In this document: positions 55,340-64,000 of the stretch, piece after piece
Numbering within the stretch: position 1 is the first letter of the stretch
Layout of the letters: every line of letters begins with the position of its first letter
NCBI GenBank assembly: GCA_951406725.2
Contig: OX597823.1
Span: 43,648,001-43,712,000, forward strand
DNA length: 64,000 nt
DNA from: Octopus vulgaris
Lineage: Eukaryota
Direction: 5' to 3'
Program-made: the position numbers and the translations under genes
Notes under the pieces: model-generated
What the model saw: the letters and a program-made list of their open reading frames with translations, nothing else
The model's database searches: none
What the model was told of the DNA's origin: nothing

Positions 55340-55954
55340 AGATATATAATTATTTAATTATAATCATAATTACGTTTACTGGAGAGGCACCAGTAAGCTA
55401 GATAATAAAGTCAAAACTAACTGTTAAACCACATCATGTATTCATATAGCACCGGTAAAAAGATAAATGAACAAAGAAATTAGCAAAAACCTGATGGTTA
55501 ATCCCAGATCGACGATTTCCGGTTTAGTAATAAAATTATTTGCCTTCGTCAGTGGAGATATACCAAAATTAGTACATAATTACAAATATGTATATATACA
55601 ACATACGAATACTTACATACATTTACGCATACATACATATATAATTATATATGCACGTATACACTAGACTAATCCATTTGTCCGTCTGACACCATGTCCT
55701 ATATGGTCAAAAATATCACCACAGTGAATATGATAACATAGAGCGAATATATATTTATATATAAAGAGGATAAGACTATTGTTTAAGGTAACGATCATAT
55801 CATGTGGCAAGCATGGAAAAAACACGTAGAGGTAATAATTACTGTAGATATATAATTATATAAATATAATTGAGGGTAGTGGAGATGTTCCCTTAATTAT
55901 AATTATATATATAAGGCAACGCATGGGAGTCATTACAATTTCATGATAATTCCT

Positions 55955-57150
55955 TTTGGGTAAAAAAGAATGGGGACGAGTTATTTAATGTGGCACTGAG
56001 GAGCTTTAATGGTGCAGAGACAGCCGACGCTGTAGCCCTCTATATCTTAAGTAGACTTACAAAAGAAATAAAAGAAGCCACCATATATTCACATAGAAGC
56101 GATGGGCTGGGATGTAGTAGTACACAAAACGGATACGATATGGATAGGATAAGAAATAATTATGCAAAATATTCAACCAGTTAGGTCTAACAACCACATT
56201 TAATATCAACCTTTACAAAATCAACTTCCTAGATATTAGCATGAACCTTAGCAAATGCAAACTTAAACCCTACCACAAATTAAATGAGGAAACTTCGTAC
56301 AAAGACATAGACTCCAGCCACCGACCAGCAATCATTAAGCAACAATTACTTAATAACGTTAGCAGGCGCGTCTCCAATCTATCCGCCGATAAAGACACTT
56401 ATGAAAAGTCCGCACCATACTATAAGGTCGTTTTTGAAAGGTCCATCTTTAAGAACATCATAAACTACATTGAACCGAATTCATATAGAGCCAGAAGCCG
56501 CTGAGAAAAATGTTATATTTTAACGCACATGATAGCATGAATGTAGTCACTAACATAGCGAGGAAATTCTTAAAATTAATAGATACTAACTCCCCAAATT
56601 CACACAAATACCATATGATCTTCAACAGAAACGCTTATAAACTGAACTACAGTTGCCTCCCCAATATAGGTCGATAATGCTCAACCGCAATAAAAATGAA
56701 TACACCAGGAATACCGCCGAAAGACACTGTAACTGTAGGTCTCCAAACTACTGCCCTCTAAATGATAACTGTTCGAAAAAAGAACTTATATGGAAGGCGA
56801 AAATCATGTATCCCAACGATGTAACAAAGACGTAATCGGAATGACGGGTAACTCGTCCAATGAAAGATACACACAACACCTGGCATAATTCAAGGACGAA
56901 CATAAAAGACATTTGTCATCCCTAAGCAATATGATATGGACATCGAAAGAAGGAGTAAAAACCTCCGTGTAACATGGAACATTATTGTTATAGCCAGAAA
57001 GTTCAGAGGACGGGGAACCAAACGTGAGCTCTGTATCACTGAAAAGCTAAATATCATACAGTCAACAAATAACATTTTGAATATTAGGGCTGAAACCTGA
57101 TCTCCCTGAATACACGAGCAGCATTTCACACTCCGACACTTCTAAGAAGA
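55955..57150 (+). pseudogene. Penelope-like element RT C-terminal half and GIY-YIG relic
   Basis: FNGAETADAVALYIL, degenerate YRDDG (HRSDGLG), INFLDI, KPYHK, SRRVSNLS, CNCRSPNYCPLNDNC and CELCITEKL, with frameshifts. Confidence 0.88.
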
Positions 57151-57420
57151 ACCACCACCAGCACCACCAGACCTACGAGGATATTTTCCTTCCCTGAACT
57201 TGAACATTGAATATATACAACACACGAACTCCACACATGAAAAGAAGCATGCTTCTCTGATGAATTCCTTCAGCATACAAATACACAAATATCCTATACA
57301 CCCAGAATATAATATATAATGCAAACAAATTCACCGTCCAACATGTTTTTTCCCAAAACAAACACCCAAACGGATAGACAGACATACAGACATATATATA
57401 TATATATAGATAGATAGATC

Positions 57421-57562
<142 letters not shown>

Positions 57563-58112
57563 CAACGGTATCAAATGTGATTGCTTGAATAATATAAGTG
57601 CTCATTGTGTATTAAGAGTGTAACAAATTGTTTCATGTGAGTTGTATGCATTTTAAGTGCACTATGTAATCCTTTGGCAATCACGTCCATGTTAGATGAA
57701 CGCAAATGCTTGTAAAAGAGCCAAGGCCAATGCAAGAGAAATAACAATTAAAGAAATTCCCAGATGAGTTGCCCTTATTTATTTGTCTATCTATTAACCA
57801 AAATAAATTTTGAATTGTCACCTAATATATACGCAAGAATACCAACATTTGTCAGTGAAGTGACTGAAACATGCGAAGCTCCCTCATGGCACCATTGCTA
57901 ACCAATGTTAATTCTCAAATATAAAGTACAAACAAGACAAATACAAACACACACACATACACACACGCCCGCACGCACACACGCATACTTATATATTTAT
58001 ATAAATATATATATGTATGAATATGTATGTGTGTCGGTGTGTATGTGTGAATGAATATATGCATTTACATATATACATATACATATATACAGAGAGACAT
58101 GTATACACACAC

Positions 58113-58157
<45 letters not shown>

Positions 58158-58261
58158 TATATAACGGGAAGCTTTATGAAAATAAACAAAAGACGAAGGC
58201 AGGTGGAAAACAAACGAACAATTGTATTAGTATGGCGCTCAGGAAATATAAATAAAACAAG

Positions 58262-58299
58262 TCTTTAACGTTTCGAGCCTACGCTCTTCAACAGAAAGA
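58262..58299 (-). ncRNA. Hammerhead-like motif, CUGUUGA variant
   Basis: Reverse complement reads tcttt-ctgttga-a-gagc(gtag)gctc-GAAAC-GTT-aaaga. Confidence 0.5.
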
Positions 58300-58517
58300 T
58301 ACACAGAGAGAGAAAAACACAGAAAGAAGGAGAGAAAAAAAATGCGTGCAGTAGCTAACGAATCAACATGGCGATCTGATTTCGGCCAGAGGTCAAAGAT
58401 CAAACATGAGACGCGAGAGCGAAATAAGGGGAGATAATAGGGTTGATAAAAGGGTTGAGGGACCAGCTAAAAGGGTTGATATTTATGTATATATTTGTGT
58501 GTTTGCGTACATATATA

Positions 58518-58908
58518 TTCTTTCTTTTACTTGCATCAGTCACTTGACTGCGGCCATGCTGGAGCACTGCCTTTTAGTCGAATAAATCGACCCCAGAACC
58601 TATTCTTTGTGAGCCTGGCTCTTATTCTATCGGTCTCTTTTGCCGAAACGCCAAGATACAAGGACATAAACACACCAACATCGATTGTTAAGTAATGAAT
58701 GGGTGGCAAACACAGGCACAGAGACACACACTTAAATAAATACACACAAATACCCCCCCACACACACACACACACACACATATGACGGACTTGTTTTAGT
58801 TTCTATCTACCAACTCCACTCAAAAGGCTTTGTAGATGACACTTGCTCAAGGTACTGATGCCGGAACAATGTGGTTGAGAAGCAAGTTTCTTATCACACA
58901 GCCACACC
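58518..58908 (-). mobile_element. SINE family B copy
   Basis: gactgcggccatgctggagcac...tcgacccc...acacttgctcaagg. Confidence 0.8.
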
Positions 58909-58925
58909 TATATACATATAGATAG

Positions 58926-58966
<41 letters not shown>

Positions 58967-60149
58967 CATAGATGAGAATCAGATATTCTCCATATGGAAT
59001 ACACTTAATAGTGCTCAAGAGATTTAAACTTGAACGGGTAGAGAAGTAAATGCAGGGATAAGCAAGTTAGATAGATCAATAAATATAAAGTATATTCAAT
59101 ACAAGAGATACAAAAAGTGTGTATACGTTTACATACAAAAGTTTCCAACTTACACAGAATAGAAATGATGTTAAATGTTAAAAGGATTGAAGAAAAATAT
59201 TACATATGCACAACCTGTTTCTGGAGGCTCGTTGGTCTAAAATAATGTATGAAAATTGATTCCATCGTCGGATGAGACGAGCTTCCGTCTTCAGGGAAGA
59301 GATCTTACGTTTGAGGTGGTGAAAGTGTTTGAGGTGTTCAAAGATGGAATGATTTTGCAGAGAGCTATGTTTATTAGAGGGCGGAATTGGGGAGGTATTC
59401 AGATAGAGAATAGTAAGAGGAGAAATTAAATTTTAAGTTTTAGGGGTTAATAATGAGGCTAGTGGGGAGCTATATTAGTAGAGGTCGAAGGTAGGAGGAA
59501 GGGGGAGGGTAGTGTTGGAAATATGTGAACGGTAGTCTATTGTGTTAGTTTGTATGAAGGCTATAGAATTAATGGATGAAATAGTGAGAAAGGGAATGGC
59601 CATTATTTGAGGGGAATAAGTTGGTTGGTTCAGTGACTGAGGGAAATTACTAAGGTATGTACAGAGGTATGAGAGAAGATAGAGAGGGTAGAATGGGGTG
59701 AGTTGGTGGTCAATATAGCAGTTGGGACAATGGAATTGGGTTGGTATTCGAGGTGGGAGTTCCATAGTATGCAGAGGTGTATGAAACTGAAAAGAGGTAC
59801 GTGAATAGGCAGGGAGTAAAGATTGACGGATAAGTACACCAAGGAGTGGGGAAGTATTAAGTACTTTTGGTAAAGAAGAGAAATAAGAGGCTACTTATGA
59901 GGGTGGAGAGGTTATGAGGGAAATGGGAAGTAGTAGTTTAGAATAATTTGGAAAGATTTAAAGGGGAGTTAGTATTTGTTAAGTAGTAGATTGTCTTAGT
60001 TCAAAATTAATTTTGAATATGGATACACATAGTTATGGGATTGCATAGATTTAATAAAATGCGTGAAAGATGAGTAGTACCTGTGTTTACAAGATAAAAT
60101 TAGATTTGATAATCTATTAAGTAATGACGGGTTGTGAATGCGAAGAATG

Positions 60150-61480
60150 GTTAGCGATTCTCTTAAACATAATTTATATATACAAATGTCTTCATTTGCA
60201 GATATGTTGGAGATTCTGCTAGATATGCTTGTGACTACACTATTAAGAGTAAGGTTAATCTGATTAGATAGGACATTGATATATTGGCCACCTTAATGAC
60301 AACTTCGAATAAAATACTCAGGTTGTAGTTTTTTTAAAAAATGTGTACAGTTTTCTTCGTGCGTTCCACAGACGGTCGAGATAATCCAGTTGCTGAAAAG
60401 AGTGCAATATCCCCGTCCACTGCAGACGTTAGGAAAGTATTGTTTAATTCGAGAGAGAAGGAACAGGCCAATTAGGTCAGTAACCTAGATTAAGTCCGAT
60501 GCGTCTATGGTTATGTCGAAGATGAGTTACAGGTGCAATTATTATCAGTAGTTATATAGTATCAAATATAATACAATATAACAGAACTTACTGATTGTTA
60601 ATTTGTTTCTATAATTATTTAGTTGTTGAAGATATGTATTTCTTTATTATATTATATTATAACTGCATGTTATTTTTAAGTTATTACTTAGCCAACGAGA
60701 TATATAGATCGTTAAATAGTTATACGGTTCTTTTAAGATAGGTTATACGTTTATAATTTGCTTTTTCATCTTTAATTTTTTAATATATTTCATAAATATA
60801 TTATATTAATATTTAATATTTAAGTAAGTAATAATGGACTAATTAATTTATTTAGTTTTCATTATATGTCTATATATTTATTGATAGAGTAAATTATGGA
60901 TTTTAATTTTTATATTTTTGATAATAATTTAATTATGATTCTTAAATATTTTACAATTATTAGATTTGAACTTAAATTTAAAAATATGAATAGTGATTAT
61001 TTTGTGAAATAATTTGGTAATTAGATATTGACTATAACTGAGTTTAGGATATTCGTGAGTTTATTATGTTTTTTAAAGCCATGTTATATCTTAATAGATA
61101 AATACATTTTTCTATTTATATTTTTAATTTAAAAATTAATATTTTACATAATAAATGGGTTGTATGACATAATCCTTATTTATTTATTTATTTAAAAATA
61201 TAGTGTAACTCTATTTGCTTATTTATTTAACTATTATCATTAACCTGGAGATTGACTATAATTTTAATTCAATTTAAACTTAGTTGTAATCCGAATTGAA
61301 TTATAGGCATGAAACGTACGTAGTGTTTTTAATTATTATACTATATTAAACTTTTTAATACGTTTTGGTTAGTTTAAAAAATATATATATATATTATATT
61401 AATTATATTTATTTTTCTTTTTTATGTTTTGGTTTATGTCTATCACTGTTTAAGTTGCCTAATAGTGGTATTATCTCTAA
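60150..61480 (-). pseudogene. Highly degraded Penelope-like RT and endonuclease relics
   Basis: Minus strand shows DITID...VTDLIGLFLL, LSRPSVERTKK and SISSRISNISANEDI at 60190-60520, with weaker patches at 60900-61480. Confidence 0.6.
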
Positions 61481-61494
61481 TTTAATTTATATAC

Positions 61495-61555
<61 letters not shown>

Positions 61556-63021
61556 CCGACCAAATCAGCCAATTGTGTTGAGTCAGAACTTGCAATTGTG
61601 ACATCAAAACTGTTAGGCGTATCTTTACGATAAAAACGGCTTATTGATCTGATTTGTTTTCCTTTATTCCCTGACGAGATGATTGCATTGTTTACATCAT
61701 TTTATTCCCTTCGGGATAATATCAATATATTCTTCGAAACATATGTCGGGCGTATAAAGATTTGAATAACACTTGCGTTTGACTCCATTTCTTAATTTAT
61801 ATATATATGTAAATTTAAATTTAAGTATGTTATACATATTTACGTAAATTAGTCATCGTGCCATTCTTTAAGTGTCATAGATTATTCGCTTTCCTGATGT
61901 TATTAAAGTTGCATATTTTTTGCTAATCGAATCCTTTTTTCTCCTTCAGTGAGAGATATATGCAACATTTTGCTTTGTTCTGAGACAAAAACGAAGATAC
62001 ACAGCATCTTTATCAAATATTATATGGACACTTAAACAGAGGCACGCGTGAAAGACCCCTCCCCCTTATAAACATAAGCATTATAGCTAAGGCCATCAAA
62101 TATATGGGAGGGCGTAGTAAATGCAACCTGTGAATGGCGGGAAAATAAAATATTATGACATCAACAATGAACATTTAAAATATTAATAAGAAAATTCTCT
62201 ACTTCATGCACCAGAAACAACTCATACATCGAAATTTTAAGCAGGATCTCGCCACCCGCTACCACCACTCTGCCACCTCTTCAGTATGGATAAGATTTTG
62301 TATATCGATTATATGCACACTATGCTTAATATATACATTATTCATTAAAGACATATTCTCCCATGAACTTATGCTGAATTCCCTAATTACACAGATTTAT
62401 ATACATAGTACATATTCATGAGATCACATTGTTCACAAGCAAAATATGTTTGAACTTATGAAGTCATAACCCCATTAAATCAAGTTGGCGTTAAATTTCT
62501 GTGAAATCCCATAAATGATTATAGGCACATACACAAAAATGAAAGAAACGTCCCACGATTTATGCTTTTATTTCAAGATCCCGTTCAGTTTCGTGTAAGC
62601 TCTAACATGTGGACGAGTAATAACACTTCCATGTGGCACGCTTCAACAATTTTGAAGATCTTCCCATATAAAACCCTGGATTTCCTTGTTAACCACAAAT
62701 AAAGAATATAGATGCATATATGTTTATATATTTATATATGTATATTTATATTATATATAGAGAGAGCGAGAGAGGGAGAGATACACACACATTTACATAC
62801 ATACATTCATGCATACATACATACATACATACATACATACAAACATACACATAGATAGAGATAGATGTATATATGTATAATATATATATATATTTAATCA
62901 GCCGAAATTACTACGATGATCCGGTGCTTGACTGAAGACTGAGGGTTTCGAATGTCCTGTCCGTGTTTATTGTATCGTCTTCTAGGAGTTATACGTTCTT
63001 GTCCATGTTGTATTTTTCTAC

Positions 63022-63077
<56 letters not shown>

Positions 63078-63156
63078 CACACACACACACACATATATAT
63101 ATATGTATATATATATATATAAATATATGCATATATATATATACATATATATATAT

Positions 63157-63193
<37 letters not shown>

Positions 63194-63722
63194 CCAGAGT
63201 AAGCATATAAATGCGAGACAAGGTGGGAAAATATCACAAAAACTGTTATTCAGTGTTTCACGTTCCCATTTGTCGGACAGTTTTGTCATATAGCTGCTGG
63301 TGGAGAGTAGAGGTTCGCTCCCCCAGTAAGCAATGTATTATATATAAAGAGTGATGAGTTTGCACCAAAAAGCAGCCGGTGGAGAATCCGCCTGGGGTTA
63401 AACTAGTAGTAACATTCATCTGCCACTTTGATGTGGCTACTCGCTTTACATTAGCACTCTATCTCTTTTTGAGATTTTATAACTAGTTATTTTGCTTGTT
63501 GCAGATCAATGACCGATGGTCACCTTGTTTACAATATATCGCTGGAGGAAGCGGATCTTAGCTGTCACTCCATTGCGCGAGTGCGCGCGGCTGACGTGAG
63601 CCAATACCGCAAACCCAGGTAGTCCCGAGATTCTGTCTGCAGCTGGGGGGGAGTAGGGGTTCGCTCACCCTCCTGGCGATGCATTGTATATAAAGGGTGC
63701 ATGCCTGCACCGAAAACCTGTG

Positions 63723-63787
<65 letters not shown>

Positions 63788-63788
63788 T

Positions 63789-63876
63789 GTTTCTTTATTA
63801 GCCACACAGGGCTGCACACAGATAGAACAAATTACAAGGTAGATCTTTTCTTTTGAAGGTTTAAAAAAAAAAAAAA

Positions 63877-63907
<31 letters not shown>

Positions 63908-64000
63908 TAAAAAATAAAATAAAATAAAAAAGGGGGGTCGATCAAAAGGGATCGTAAAAGGAGAGAAAGAGGACAAAAAAGGGGGGTTAAAAAAAAGGGG
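63789..64000 (-). mobile_element. Probable LINE 3' UTR end (runs off the window)
   Basis: Reverse complement ends in a pyrimidine-rich tract then gcagccctgtgtggctAATAAAgaaa, next to a microsatellite. Resembles the SINE family A tail. Confidence 0.5.

Overview
This is AT-rich, microsatellite-saturated eukaryotic DNA, not prokaryotic. The extreme (TA)n/(CA)n/(GATA)n/(ATT)n density and the SINE types point to an octopod cephalopod genome (inference). Almost all ORFs in the supplied track are translations of simple repeats. Recognisable content is mostly decayed mobile DNA: Helitrons (TC...hairpin-CTAG ends, Pif1 helicase fragments), a full-length mariner with TIRs and TA TSD plus other Tc1/mariner and pogo relics, Penelope-like elements (RT, GIY-YIG, hammerhead-ribozyme motifs), CR1- and RTE-type 3' ends, and several tRNA-type SINE families. 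A phase-consistent chain of seven short plus-strand exons (22.7-36.5 kb) could encode an unrecognised multi-pass membrane protein. The most striking structure is a ~715-bp-arm inverted repeat at 28.17-30.09 kb. It places a ~99% identical antisense copy of one of these exons in the downstream intron and carries a template-switch signature. All calls were made by eye, without alignments or database searches.
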